A stretch of DNA of 64,000 bases from Isurus oxyrinchus (taxonomy: Eukaryota), in the NCBI GenBank assembly GCA_026770705.1, contig JANJGN010000034.1, forward strand, positions 5,704,001 through 5,768,000. The letters are read 5' to 3'. Shown here in pieces: positions 41,409 to 55,149 of the stretch. The translations under genes were made by a program, and so were the position numbers. A model generated the notes under the pieces. That model was not told where the DNA came from, did no database searches, and saw only the letters and a list, made by a program, of their open reading frames with translations. The stretch's first letter is position 1; each line of letters begins with the position of its first letter.

Positions 41409-43020
41409 GTGAGGGAAATACTGTGTTTGCGTGTTTGTGAAAGTGTATGGGAGAGTGGAGAAAGGGAGAGAGGGGGGGGGGTGGAGAGAGAGTCCTGTTC
41501 CGTTAATTTACTAATGTCCCCGGAATAATGCTACACTATAAAAGGCTGGCCAAAGGACTGACAACATCTGCAATCAATTGCAAAATCACATAGACCATTA
41601 CGAGCACATTAAGGAGCCCTTGAAACGTCTCTTTGTAGGAGCTGGCGTTTTAGTGCCATAGCAATTCCATTTTAAAGTGTTGCTGAACATTCATCAGTTT
41701 GTCTCTAAGACAATTCTTTCCAGTTATATGCTTAGCCTAGGTGATGAATGATCCTTTTCCATGTTGGGAGACGTGAGCCTTGTGATAATTTCATTACATG
41801 AAAAATCAAGAGACCAAGATTAATGCTGCTTAGATGTAGAATCACCTTCCATCATGGCAGAATTTAAAATCAATTCTTTAATTCTAATCTCCGCAATGGT
41901 GATCATGAATCGAACAGCGATTGTTATAAACATAACTGTTCACCAATGCCCTCTAGGAGAGGTGAATTACTGTCCTTCTCTGATATGGGCTACATGTGAC
42001 CACGGATTAACGGTCATGTGGTCGGCATTTACATACCCACTGAATTGCCTAACATAAGAATCGACTTAATTGAAGATATGATTGGTTAAGAAATTCTAGT
42101 CTTGCAAGGGAGGCTCATTTAAATAATACCAAAAAGTAATAACAATAACAATAATAATATAGAAGCTACATTTCCTTTGGCGATTATGCTGGATATATGC
42201 AGTTTTAAGCATGATTTAGTCAGGGTATACCATTTTCTGTTATTTACCCTACCAAAAATCTTTCTCAGCTCTTAGCTGCTCATGGATGCTGGATTATCAC
42301 TGTCAGAAAAGCTGATTAAATCAATGCCTATGAACCGGACAGTGTTTCTCTACGTTATGGTCAGCATTTTTAATTTTAGCTTATTATCTCTCTAGGTTAA
42401 CGTAACAGCAAAACAGACCCATCTTACTCGCACTGCCCCAGAATCTGACTTCAGTGAACTCAAGTCTTTGCAAAATTACGTTCGGCAAATCTGCTTCACC
42501 GCGCTTTAAGTTGCCCCAAAAAAGGCTCAGGGAAGAAAGGAGTTGAACATAAAACGTTCAAAACTATTCAAATTAAAATTACACGACATGTGGCAAAGTA
42601 ATCATGCTTATAATAATTAAATGCATATCAATAAGAAGCTGCCATTGGGCCAATATTCGAACTGTGTCGCTTCAGAAAGGGCAATGCAATTAGTTCCACT
42701 ATTCAAAACGATTCCTGCAGCCTTCCTTTGAATTTCATGATCAAAGTTTATTTTTTGAAAAAAAAACTAAAGGAATTCATAGATTATCTATTTGCATCAA
42801 AATGTCAGGCAGTGTATCATAGCAGATTTACTTAACAAAAATGAATGTGCATCTGTCCTGGTTATATTTTGCAAGACAATTTATTTCGGACGTATTTTAC
42901 GACAGATAAACTTGCTAGTGTAGGTCATTCTTTTTCCCGTTATTCACAGTCAAAGTCAAATCAGACATTTAACATGTCCCGAAATTTAATTTTCCCTTAA
43001 GATCTGCAGCATTCAGTAGG

Positions 43021-43185
43021 AAATTTACAAACTCTCTGCTCACTCCATGTATTTAAAATTTTCATCCATGTACCATTCTCATCAATATCACCATCAACAT
43101 TAAGTATAAAATTTACAAACTCTCTGCTCACTCCATATATTTAATATTTTCAACCATGTACCATTCTCATCAATATCACCATCAA
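43021..43185. repeat. Direct repeat: two ~77 bp copies with period 88
   Basis: aaatttacaaactctctgctcactccat...catgtaccattctcatcaatatcaccatcaa at 43021 and 43109, with few mismatches. Confidence 0.92.
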
Positions 43186-43660
43186 AAACCTCGCCAATGG
43201 TTTACCATTTTGTTATAGTGTTGTGCAAATAATTCTGCACGGCACTCCGGATGAGGTTTTTCAAAAACATCTGCAGCATAATTTCCATAATTCTGAAATG
43301 TGTGCCTTTATTTAAAATTCTAGAATATGTATGCATGAGTTACCAGTTTTCCCTGTTCCTGATCCCGGAGAGTGATGGAAACGTATGTTCCGAAAACAAT
43401 GCTAATTTAAATTGTTCCAAAGTCATACCAATTTTGTTCTTTATTAATTGCCCTTTGAGAAAGTACGAGAAGCTATTCAGCTGTGTGAAACTTGGGGCAA
43501 ACATTGATAAGCATTATATTATGGTGTTGTAAGCAATTTCCACAACCCGTAAATAATGCAAATTTCGAACGACTCACTCACATAAATGTTATATCATTTC
43601 GGATTCTTAGCAATAAAGCAACTGCCAATTACTATTACTAATAATGCAGTTTGCTTTCAG

Positions 43661-43687
43661 GCGATCAGCTGGATCTATGCCAGAAAG
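43661..43687 (+). CDS. Micro-exon 10 (27 nt), SDQLDLCQK
   Basis: gtttgctttcag|GCGATCAGCTGGATCTATGCCAGAAAG|gtacgc. Similar to exon 8. Confidence 0.87.
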
Positions 43688-44149
43688 GTACGCTTTTGTG
43701 ATTTCTGGACGATTTCTCCCTTATTTTATGCATGTATTTTGCAGTAGAGAACTGTGTAACAACATTGAACATCCAGTAATACAGAGTATATATAGGTGTT
43801 TTATATTTGCTATGTATGCATCAAAGAATGTTCCGCTCGCTTAACCCTGATAGAACAAACACCAATGGCATTATGTTACAATTAATTGCACCTATCAAAC
43901 TGGACTGAACCACCCCTTGAGGTAACAAGTTCAAAATTGCAAGTGGTGATCGTTACAAAAGATCCACTTCAAATTCTAGCCCCATCTGTTACTGAATGTA
44001 TTACATTCTCGGTTGACGGTTTTGATCTCTCCCATTTAGCCTATTGTTCTCGCTACTCGCAGTAAAATCTCAACTAAACTGGAAGCATCAAAAGCAGAAT
44101 GAATGACTAGTTTGCAGAATACCACCAATCAGTAGATAAGAAAGATACA

Positions 44150-44700
44150 AAACGTTTGATTTAATACCATTGTAATATACTATGTTGTTCTCACACTCAA
44201 ATTGCTGTCATCGGCTTCCTGTTCCAGTGAGGTTCAACGCACACTGGAGGAACAGATCTCCATCTTCCGATTAGGCATTCAGCAGGTTACTGGGTGATAA
44301 ACTGAGTTCAACATCTTCAGGTCATAAACTGCCCTGTACGTTGACTATTATTGTCAGATGACGGTCACGATATTATTCTCATGGTTTTGCTTTCAAACAG
44401 AGTTGTTCGCTAATCGGCAATTAACACTGCTCTCTGGATCAATGCATTTTTTCCTTACAACTTCCATTTCCAGTGCACTTTCGGCTTGTTCCATGACAAC
44501 TTTGACATTTAACCTTTTTCGCCGCCTATCATGCCCTAGATTTTGTTCTATGCCACAATTTTCCTTTCAGTGGCGGAAAATGATCACATCTCTGTCTTCC
44601 TTCAGTTCCGAATGACAGTTATTTTCGAGTTAAATTGTTAACTCCCCTTCTTTCTCCAACAAATCTGGCGTTATTTTTTAATTTATTTAATTTCAGTTTC
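44150..44700 (+). mobile_element. Penelope-like element 3' remnant (GIY-YIG C-terminus and terminal repeat)
   Basis: 44220 onward translates CSSEVQRTLEEQISIFRLGIQQVTG**TEFNIF, like the R..LEE..LIFRLGTL.P.GLN.EF tail of Penelope ORFs. Confidence 0.65.
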
Positions 44701-44849
44701 CAGAACCCATTGTACTTGACTTTTCCTTCCGAATTTCTCGAGCTGCAACGTTAACTTTGATGGTTTGTGCAAAATCAGGAAGTTCAGAAGGAATGCACCC
44801 GGATGGGTCACTCATTATCGAACAAATTATCAATTATTATAATAGCAAA

Positions 44850-46990
44850 CTCAATCAAGTCAACATTTCAAAATCATCCTTTCTAAGATCTGGGGCCGAA
44901 AGCAAAAGTTGGGAGACCTGTCTCACAGACTGGTCAAGCAACAGCCTGACACATTTGTACTCCCGGCATCATGCCTAAGAGACATTCTCCCAGGCACCAA
45001 CATCACAATCCGTGGGCATGCGCTATGCCACCTTCAGGACAGATCGAGCAGAGGTGAATGCACCGTAGTATACACTCCGTAGACAGTTGACTTTGGGGCC
45101 CTCAGCACCCACTCCAGACGACATGAAGTTGCAAGGCATCAGGATTAATATTGGCAAGGAAATCGCCTGCCGATTACCACGTACTGCCTTCCTTCAGCTA
45201 ATGAACCATAATTTTCCCATCTTGCAAACAACATAGAGGAAGCACTGAGGCTGGCAATGGCACAGAATGTACCCTGGATTGGGGACTTCAATGCTTATCA
45301 TCTATACTGCCTCAGTCGCTCCGCTACGGCCAAGCAGGTGGAATGCTAAAGAAAATATCAGCTAGAGTGGTTCTGTGCCTCGTGGTGAGGGAATCAAGAA
45401 TAGGGAAGGACCCAATTTTACCAGATATTCAGAAACTGGCCAGCTGCAGATACAAATCTCCCTGACAGTATCGGTAGGAGTGAACATCATGCTGTCATTG
45501 TGGAATTGAAGGCCCGTCTTCACGTTGAGGATACGTTGCATCGTGTTCTGTGGCACTAGCACCATTGTTAAATGGGATTGGTTCCAAACCTACCTACCAA
45601 TTTAAAACTGGGAAAACAGGAGGCCCATGGGCCGTCAGCAATAGTAAATTTTTGTTGAGCCAACATTTGTAAACTCATGGAATGACATATACCCCACTCC
45701 CCCATTAATGCCATGGCAGATGATCAACCCTGCTTAAATAAAGACTGCAAAAGGGCCTATCAGAAGCATCATGAGGCATACTTCAGAAGGAGGCTTCCAA
45801 TTGGTCAAACTACAACACAGGGCTGTTTTCCTCCCAAACAGCAACCAAATCAATGGATAGGCATCGCTAACCTATTCCAGAACATACGGATCAAATCTAA
45901 CCACTACAATAATGCCACATCAATTCGACAATGCTGTTCGACACTTGAAGAACATACTGGAGGGAGAAACTCCATGACTTATTCAGCTCCTGATCTCATT
46001 ACAGCTTTTATTTAAAAATGGGCAAAATTGACAAACTCACAGATGTGACTGCCCTTGATGTCAAGTCAGTGCTTGGCCAAGTGTAGCATCAAAAGCCCTA
46101 ACAAAACGGGACCAATGGGAATTGATGGAATGTTGGGAGGGGGTGGGGGAGGGGGGAGGGGTGCGGATGATGGCGGCTGGTGGGGGACCTCCACTCTCTG
46201 GATAAATATATATCATAAAAGGAAGATGGCTGTAGTTGTTGTAGATCAATAATTTCAACAGCAGGACATCACTGCCAATGATCCTCGCGTTAGTGCCCTA
46301 CCCCCAACCGCCTTCCAAAGCATCATCGATGCACTTCCTTCCATCATAAGGTCACAAATGGATACTTTCCCTGGCGATTGCACACATATCAGCAGCGTTT
46401 GCCTATCCTCAATGTCTGAAGTTGTTCCGGTCCAAATACAGAATGAAATGGAAATCATCAGTGCTTGGAGCAACCTGTGGAAAGTAATTCTAATGCCACG
46501 CATGTACTGGGAAATTACCATCTCCACAAGACAGCATCTAATCATTACCACTTGACTTTCATTGGCATTGCTATCATTGTTTCTCCCACAATCAACATTT
46601 TGATGCTACCGTTGACCAGCAACTGAATGGGGCTAGCCAAATCAGTACTCCAAAATCAGATCAGAGTATATGAAGCCTGTGATGGGTAATTCAGATCTTG
46701 TTTCGATAAGTCTGCCCAACATCTACAAGATAGAATTATATGCCTGATGGAATAGTTTCCATTTGCCTTGATAAGTGTAGCTCCAGCAATGCTGAAAGAA
46801 GCTCGAGGGCATGCAGGGCAATGCTGCCCATTTGAATGCCTCCTCATCCAACAGCATTCACTCCCTCCACCTCCGTCGTTTAGTGGCAGCAGCGAATGCC
46901 ATTGCAAGATGCACTGCAGTTACCTACAAGCCTCCTTGAACAGTACCTTCCAAACCCACGATCATTACCATCTGGAAGAGCAAAGGTAGA
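44850..46990 (+). mobile_element. Decayed plus-strand copy of the same LINE family with endonuclease and RT remnants
   Basis: tggattggggacttcaatgct (W-I-G-D-F-N-A, the APE endonuclease GDFN motif) at ~45276. The 46250-46990 segment is reverse-complementary in style to the minus-strand copies. Confidence 0.8.
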
Positions 46991-47621
46991 GGAGAACGGT
47001 CCTGTTGCAGAGGGGGAATGGTTTGGCACTATTTTGGAACGTAATGAGCCATTAAATCCCGAAAATGTTGAGCTTTTTCCACGAGGTCATAATTGGTTCG
47101 TTTCCTTAACTCTACTTATGAACATCTAAACATGCATGTTAACTTTTATCAATAACAAAATCTTTTATTTTAAATGTATTTTTTTTAAGTTAAGGTAAAA
47201 ACAACTGCTTATGCAAGACAGTTTCCCCGTTCCGCTGATGATAAAATTAGAATGATATGATCCTGTTGATGAAAGAATAGGCAATAACAATTATTGTGGT
47301 TTTCCAAAATATCAATGACGTTAGCGATATTGATAAATTCTAATAGTTATGGGCATTGTTATGGCGCTTTTAGGGGTGTTGATGAATACAATAACAAGCA
47401 TTTTAGTTATCAGTACTTGCATAATTCTATTCACAATAGCAAAACATTCTTTTTCTTTAAGTTTCAAAGCAAATTTCTCCAATCCAATACAAAAGGTTAT
47501 TATCGAAAATCATTTAACATTCAGCCTCAGATGTATTTGCAAACCTGTGTGCGGGTCATGAGCTGTTCCTGTTTTCAGAATATATGGGTTTTATGAATGG
47601 TTTATTTCTGTCTCATTTCAG

Positions 47622-47657
47622 AGCTGGGCAATGCCAAGAAAGCTTCAGATGGCTCAG
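47622..47657 (+). CDS. Micro-exon 11 (36 nt), ELGNAKKASDGS
   Basis: tttctgtctcatttcag|AGCTGGGC...TGGCTCAG|gttatc. Paralog of exons 14 and 17; weak donor. Confidence 0.8.
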
Positions 47658-50600
47658 GTTATCATGCATTAAATGTTTATGGAAACGAAAATGTCCTTGC
47701 TCAACCTGAATTATAACTGGGTTACCAATCATAAGTTTTTGTTGATGTCAATGCAAATTACATTCCGGCTGGGCATATAAATTATCCCCGTTACTCTGTT
47801 CCCCACAGATAAACCTTGCCACATTTCTCCATAATGTGAGGAGTACATTATCGGCTAATGTTAGTAAAATTAAAGATGCGTAGAATTTTTAATGGACAAT
47901 AATACTGAGTATTAGGATTACCTTAAACCTAGTTAAAACTTGATAATTTTTTAAACTGGCTGAAATATTTAAAAACATATTGCAAGAACATATTTTACTA
48001 TAGGGCAAGTAAAAGAATAGGTCATGTAAACGCTGTTCCTTTGAAGCAGAGAGAGAAGAAAGGGTATGGACAATGTCGAAATGGCAACTGCGTTTGGCCA
48101 GTATGTTACATGTGTCTTCATTGTAAGACATTCAAGCTCCATCCCTGAAGTTAAAATTTAGAGTACAACAATGTATCATGCTTACTAGAATTCTACTGAG
48201 CTTTGATGGGACCACATCTAGAACACTGTATGCTGTTTTGAACATAGTAAGTTTTGGGGAGGTGATTGCATAGTGTTAATGACACAACATCAATCCAAAG
48301 GAGCAGTCTTATATTACGAGAGCACTGGATACAAAGCCACAACACTACAGCTGCTGGAATTGGAACTTAATTAATAACCTAATAGTATAGCTAATGTCTC
48401 ACTATTGCTGGCCATAGTAATGACATCGGTTGTTGCAAAAACTCAACTGGCTTCATCTTTATGGAAACAAATCTGCCATCCTTACCTGGGTTAATCTACA
48501 TGTGACACCAGGCTACACCATTTGCCGTGCGTGCCTGGGCTCTCCTAAAGGTGACGCCAAACCCACAGCAATGGCGTTGGCTCGAGCCTGACCTCGGAAA
48601 TGTTCTGGCAATCCTTTCAGTTCCTGGGTAATTAGAAAGGGCAACAGATAGTGGCTTTGCCACAGGCGACAACATCCCATTAAATATTAAGTAAAATTCA
48701 AACAATGATAAATTTACATTGCAGGTGGGAAAGAGATACATAACTGGATTGGTCCCTGTGATGAGAAGCTGCCTTATTATAAGTTGTGGAGTAAATTTGT
48801 TGTATATTCTCCAGAAAAAAAGGAGGCAATCACATTGAAACATACTAAATCTGAAGGTGTTTGATCGTGGGAGGGTGGGGGACAATTAGGCTTGTTTTCC
48901 ACTGTACTGGGAGTTGGAAACAATGGTGTACATCCACTAGAAAAGGAAGAGATTTCATAAGGCAGATGTGCGATGGCATAAACACACAACAATTGAGGCA
49001 GATGTTTGAAATTGTCAAAACGATGGCTTTAGGTCATCCCGTTTTTTAATCAGGCAAGGTGGAGATTCATATCGCTTTACCCTTTCATGGAAACCAGTGG
49101 TATGGGCAGCCGGCACAAAAGCAGTGTCAGCTCAAAGGTCTGAACCATCCATCCCTGCTTCTATTTTATTTGTGTTTCCGTATTCTTATGAATTTGTTTC
49201 AAAAGTTACAAATATGACTAACTAACGGCCGTAAATATATGGCTACAAATCATGGACGTAAAATAAAGCGAATAACGGCTTAGGTCAGGATTTTTCGGAC
49301 GGCAGCATTTCCCTTCCTGTCACCTGAAGCGTCGGTGTGGAACACATGCCCACCCATTCTGCCTGACCCGCAGCCGTTTAACGTTCAGCAAATGTTATTT
49401 GCTTCAGAAGAAAATTCTTCATTTCATTCGGAGTTAGTTCAGCTTCAGGGAACTGTCAGTCATCCTCATAGGCGAGCTGCTATTTTTTTCCTTTCAGTTC
49501 TTGCGGCACTGGAAGCTGCAGTGCGCATAACTGCATCTACAAGCAGTCCCCCAATATAAGTCCCTGAGGTTCAGAAATATATAGGTTTTGGTTGTGTCAA
49601 GGTGTGACGCCTGAGGAATGTTAGAACAAACTATTTCAATGCCGGCAGAAGGGCGGGAAAGAGGAGCTCCCTCAGGCATCAAAATAGTCCGGTGTGGCGC
49701 CCGGGGTTAAAGCAAGGAGCTTGATGGATGCGACTACCCACCAAAACAGCGTTCCTGCAAATCAACTCACCACGTCCTCCCCCACAAGAACAACCAAAAA
49801 ACCCACCACACCCCTGTCCATTCCACTTCCACCCGAAGCATGAAATATGCTAATAAATAGCATAATATTTTGCCTCCTTCCTAGCTTGGGCAATTAGATA
49901 CATAATGTAGTGTTCACGAGCTACAAAGCAATTCTGGATTTAACTTGGCCACGAAAGAAACTGGAGGAAGTACAGAATGGGTAACATTATTGACGAAGTA
50001 GAGCATTGCAGACTTCAAGCGAGAGTACACCCATAGTGCTCACGTATTGAATCTGATTGGTTAGTGCTAAATAAAACATCAATGATCAGATTATATTGTT
50101 ATGTTTCTCTGAAAGAGCAGCAACTAGTCAGAACGTTTAACCCGAGTAGACGGACAAGAAAAATACAGAGACGTGCAAGGGTTTTAATTGTTATAATGGG
50201 CGACCACTTTTTAAATATAGAATGAACAGCAATCTCAGGAAGAAAGTTAACTCCCGTGGGAACAAACGGACAATTGGAGCATAGAGAGAAAAAGCCTCAT
50301 TTAATGAGGCAGGGATTTATGGGGAATTTTTTTACAGGCCACCAGCTCAATAATAAAATGCAATTGACACAAAGATTTCAGCTGCTGGAAACTGGCAATT
50401 GAACAGCCATGCTCTTCACGAGCTCGTGAGATTCGAGGAATCGGCAGTGAACTACAGGTGAAATACAATGCAGAAATTTGATTGATTTTATTTGCCAGAA
50501 AAACAAATGGAAGAAACTGAAAATAACATCTACCTTTCTAAACGGGACAACTGAGCCGGGGGCTTAGTGGGCATTTGTAGACAAAATTAGAATGTGAAAG

Positions 50601-52586
50601 GCCGCCTGTAAAAGCTCTTCAGTAAGCAAACAGGATCCACAGTTTATAAATGTTGGAAGATATTTGTCACATTAGATGTTGAGAAGGAGCCCATGCTGCA
50701 TGCCCAAGTGTTTTTTTTTTAGCTTTTCACAGGAATTCATGTTTATGAGCAAGTGTTGGGTGTGTTCCTACTCACCTGTCAACGTAGTACCCTGACTCTC
50801 ACAATCTCTGCTCAATTTACATTGAATTGCAGCCACGCAACAAAGAGAAACAGGGAATATGGACCAGCTGGGCTATGGCAAGGTGATTTTTAACCCTCTG
50901 TAAGCCACTTCGCTAAAACACGTGATCATAATTAGTGCCCACATCAAATCGTTGAAGGGAGATCGAAAAATCTGCTTATGTTGAAACAAATCCTGGTGTC
51001 AAATCCGCCTATAATTGCGCCCCTCCCCCCATCACAACCACCACCACACCCCCCCAAACCCCGCACCCCACCCCACCCCGTCCCCCGCCGCCCCGCATCA
51101 CAGTGGGTCGTTCTCCAAAATGACAGCTTTACAAAATATTTGTTCTCCTCTAATTCTGACCAGATTCGTAAGATAATTCGCCACTGTGTAACAGTTCACG
51201 CATTACCACACTCTGCTTAGTCTCTGGACATGTTTGATCCTTCCATGAATCTTTGTCCCTCCATATTCATCTGCTCTATATAAGAGACGTCGTTAAAATC
51301 TGTGCCACTAACAAATTATTTGGTCACATATCACAAAATACCTTTCTGTGCCTCGGTGTCAATTTACACCACTGGGATTCCTGTGTGCACCTTTGGTTAT
51401 GATTTTCATTATGTTGCCACGAATTTTTGCCTGAATATGCCATATAAACGGCATTGATTGAACAAAAGCAAAATACTCCGTTTTCAGAAAGCAACATAGA
51501 GATTGCTGAAATAAAAGTTTAGCAATCTGGAGGCATCTGGGGAGTTTGAAAGAGAGTTACGGGTTGGAATGGAACATGATTCTTCTTCGAAATTGAAGAG
51601 ACTTTAAAAGGTGATGGCTTTTATGCTGTTGTAATGAGACAGAGGGTGTAGAACAAATTTAAAATGTGGGATATATTGGAGATGGGGACAGATTAAGCAA
51701 GAAGAATGTATGGGACAATGGACAACGGGACCCTTAATGTATCTAGTGAAAATAAACCAAAAAAAAATCAGACTGAAAGTGAGCAGATAAAAATAAAATG
51801 CTCCCCCAGTGTTTCTGAAGTATAAGGAGGAGCTATTATAAAATTCAGGTTACTTCCGATTGAAAAGCGATGGTGTACATTGGAAAGTCTGTCGTGGACA
51901 CGGCAAATTGGGACAATGAATTTCGGTAATGATGCTATGTATACCCTAATAGATGGTATGAATTGAAGTGATTCGGACAAAAATGGGCAGTCGGAAAAAA
52001 TTTCGGCTTTCAGTCTCCATCACAATAAACTTCAGAGCTCAATATATGAGGGAAATGGGATGAAGTTGTGAATGCATTAAGCATCACGAATCTCCGAGGT
52101 GAACATTGTATCCAGCCATCTCAACTGTACGGTGGAAGATGTACATTCCTCAAAAGAAAGTATACAATATGAATAAGTATAAGTAGCGAAGTGTATTAAT
52201 ACAGCTGAAGTGGATGAAGAGATTTTGCGATAAATTTCAGAACGTCTGAAGAGGCAGTCTGACATCATGCAGTCTGTTGATCCGTAAACAACTTCAATGG
52301 TCAGCGTAGATAGACAGGTAAATAATTTCGTTACATTTTTGAAACATTGTTGTGTGCAAATTGTGCGCCAAGAATCCAAATTGGCTTTAGTGAATGAATA
52401 TAGAACTCATTCTGTTGACTATGTTTCGTCCTTGGACGATCTGCATTTGAGAAAGAGGGAAGTTAATTCATTCTGTAATAAGTGCTTAGAATATTGGATA
52501 ACTTTTTTTTCAGCAGTCATGGAGAGAGTCATGTAAATTAACATGAAATTCTGCCAAAATAAAATAGCGCTTTTTCGATCTTGCAG

Positions 52587-52622
52587 AGCATAAAGAATGC
52601 AAAGACTCTTTAAAACTCTTAG
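52587..52622 (+). CDS. Micro-exon 12 (36 nt), EHKECKDSLKLL
   Basis: ctttttcgatcttgcag|AGCATAAA...ACTCTTAG|gtaaaa. Confidence 0.8.
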
Positions 52623-53292
52623 GTAAAAAAGGCATAATTTTTCTGTACGAACGTCTAGAGGGCTAATCGCAAAATGGAGCTAGCAGAAAATAGCGACACA
52701 ATGTTCATGTGCAGCAAAAGAAAAGCAACAGCTAAAGTTGAATGAATGGTAAGGACATGGGAGGATGTGAGAGAAACTAGGCCATGGCGGCCAGCGAATC
52801 TGCTGAACGATTGAACTGAACATGGCGGATCAACTATCTTAAAGCTATTTTCCGTCTCCTTCCCCGTGCCCATTGATGGCATTAATGTTCATAGATCTTT
52901 CTATCTCTGTCCTGACCATAGGCTATAACTGAGATTGAACATGGCCTGTGGCCGATAATGTAAAGGCTACCTGACGGTTGTGTTAGGAAAGTTATTCTCA
53001 TCTCAGTCCTAATTGGTTTCCCCTTGTCCTCAAACTATGTGCACTAGTTCACGGTCAAAACTTCTCTCCGTACTCCACTTAAAATGTTATAAGTTTTAAT
53101 GAAAATACCTCTACTTCCTTTAAATTCTGGAAAATACAGGCCAAATTAGCCCATCCGCTCCTCATAGAACAGTCCCACAATTCGCGTTGGGTGGGTTTGG
53201 GGGGTGTTGCTGTGGCGTGAAAGGGAGATTAATTTGTTCCTTCATGGTAGACTTTCATTCATTCCTCTATACTCTTTCTTCCTTTTATATAG

Positions 53293-53319
53293 AAGATAAA
53301 TTGAGTCAGTGCCTGGATG
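53293..53319 (+). CDS. Micro-exon 13 (27 nt), EDKLSQCLD
   Basis: ctctttcttccttttatatag|AAGATAAATTGAGTCAGTGCCTGGATG|gtaatg. Confidence 0.88.
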
Positions 53320-55149
53320 GTAATGTATTAACTGTTTTCTACCGTAACTTAATAAATCAACAGTAGATCTAAATTTCAGAATAAGATCATTGGGGAGGGA
53401 ACATCCACTTTGGCCTTTTGACATAACAAACCAAAACTTATTCTGAGGCCCCACCACCACTTTGCCCTGATATTGCATTAGCTTTGAATTGCCCCTACAT
53501 TTAAATTTTATAAAATTCATTGTTACCGTAGAACTCCCGTGGTCAAAACATTTTAAAGTTCTACTATATAATGTTTACGCTGGAACTTCTTGGGTCTGTA
53601 GCTGTCAGGGAATCCAGGAGGCAAAATCGAGTCCTGTAAATTGTTTTGACATTCAAACGCATTTGATGAAAGCTTAGAATTGGCAGATGACTTTTTTTCA
53701 CGCTTTACTTTAAGATTTAAAATAGTGAATTAATGATTGTGGAAGATGGGTTCTTGCATATATAAAGTGGATAAAGAGTTCTAATTCTTTAGAAGTGTGG
53801 GACATGCAGGGAGCTTTCTTTGAAAACGAACACTGCTTTAAAATAGAGTTTAGACTTGGTTCAACCTACTTGTACATCGTCCTCCACCAAACCAAGACTA
53901 CACTAGCTAGCAGTTTTCTTTGCTTTATGGCCTGTTACAGGTGTAAGGAATAAATATATATTTTTTGGTTTATGAGGAATTTGGTTTGTGGGGATAAGTA
54001 TAGGTGGATCAGTGCTTGATGTAATTATATTTGGATTCAAGAGGATATCAAATGGAAATAATGAAATTAAGCTAGATGCTTGACATACTAATGAGTAAAT
54101 ATAAATGTTGGCTTAGCATGTAATGTGTGAAAGGAATTTACATTTTTTTTAGTTAAAGAAAGAGATCTGAATTTCATTGGGACCTTAGTCTGTTTTCAAC
54201 TTGCCAGATAAGCAAGGTTAAGGCATGTTCTTATTTTTCCCAAAGGTTACAGACAATATATTGGCAGAATCGAGAGAAAATTTATAAGGAGAATGAAAGG
54301 CTATTTTCAGAAGGCCATGTAAGAACAAACGGGAGAGGGCTAAGTGGCCATACAGAATCCTCCAGCATTTTTGCATAGGATTGCTATATACTGAAACTGA
54401 AGTTGGTGAATATGTATTTGAAATTCCACTTTACAGTGGCTATTGTGTTAACTTGCTAGTTCTGTTTTAAGTGCAAAATCTGTTCTGCGATTTTGCTTAA
54501 AAAGGAATGTAACTGATAGTCAGGTTAATTAGGAAAGTTTGGAGTTATTATAGTAGTGAGGAATTGAAGTTTTTTACATTTTTGAAATATTTTATTTTGT
54601 TCATGAATATTTCACTTCTATCTTTAAATTTTCTATTGGTGGAACTGATATTACTGAATTCAGTTTAGACGTCATGCAACGAAGGCAGTCTGCAAAACTG
54701 TTTCGATAGTGTGATGAAGTTCACCTTGTGCATTTGTTGCGCCTGGCACATGTCCTCTCCCATTTCATAACACAGGTAGCTTGTTGCCATTTCTTAATCA
54801 CTTTTCAGCTCGCCTCCAGGTAGTTTTTTTTTATATTATTGGCAAATAAAAGACCTAGTTATAATGTACGGCTGGCAGGGTCGTTTGGTAGCTATGGAAT
54901 CAGCAACACTTGTTGCAACTCTTTTTAATTTCATCCGCTTTTTCAGTGGTTCAGCTTCTGAAGGGAATTGTTCGGAAATATTTTGGAACTTTGGAAGAGA
55001 ATGATCCATTTAATCTCGAAATCATGTTCAGCTTTTTCAATGAATTAATGATTGACCTGTGTCCGTAAGTCTAATTTTCAGGACCTGATGATATACATTA
55101 ACTTATTTAGTTAAGAAACCTCGCATGTCCTGTGTGAGTTTTTTTATGT

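Noticed and set aside
47294-47596. Similar ORFs in the three duplicated units (MWFSKIS... at 47294 and 63347, and the homologous region near 55430)
   Set aside because: The similarity reflects the DNA duplication. Stops and frames differ between copies and there is no ATG start; the sequence is intronic.
47809-47835. AG-N27-GT candidate cacag|ATAAAC...ATAAT|gtgagg
   Set aside because: In-frame TAA, two prolines, and splice sites not conserved in the other two units.
48815-48856. 42-nt phase-1 candidate exon (EKKEAITLKHTKSE)
   Set aside because: Lies within a CR1-like 3' remnant, and the paralog near 57080-57125 lacks the donor.
49575-49601. AG-N27-GT candidate (EIYRFWLCQ)
   Set aside because: No polypyrimidine tract, Cys out of register, and not conserved in the duplicate unit.
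50733-50759. Candidate missing 27-nt exon cacag|GAATTC...GTTGG|gtgtgt (GIHVYEQVL), with a paralog at 59026-59052
   Set aside because: Length and position fit, but it lacks the LxxC/charged pattern and the paralog has an in-frame TAA. It may be a decayed exon but cannot be supported.
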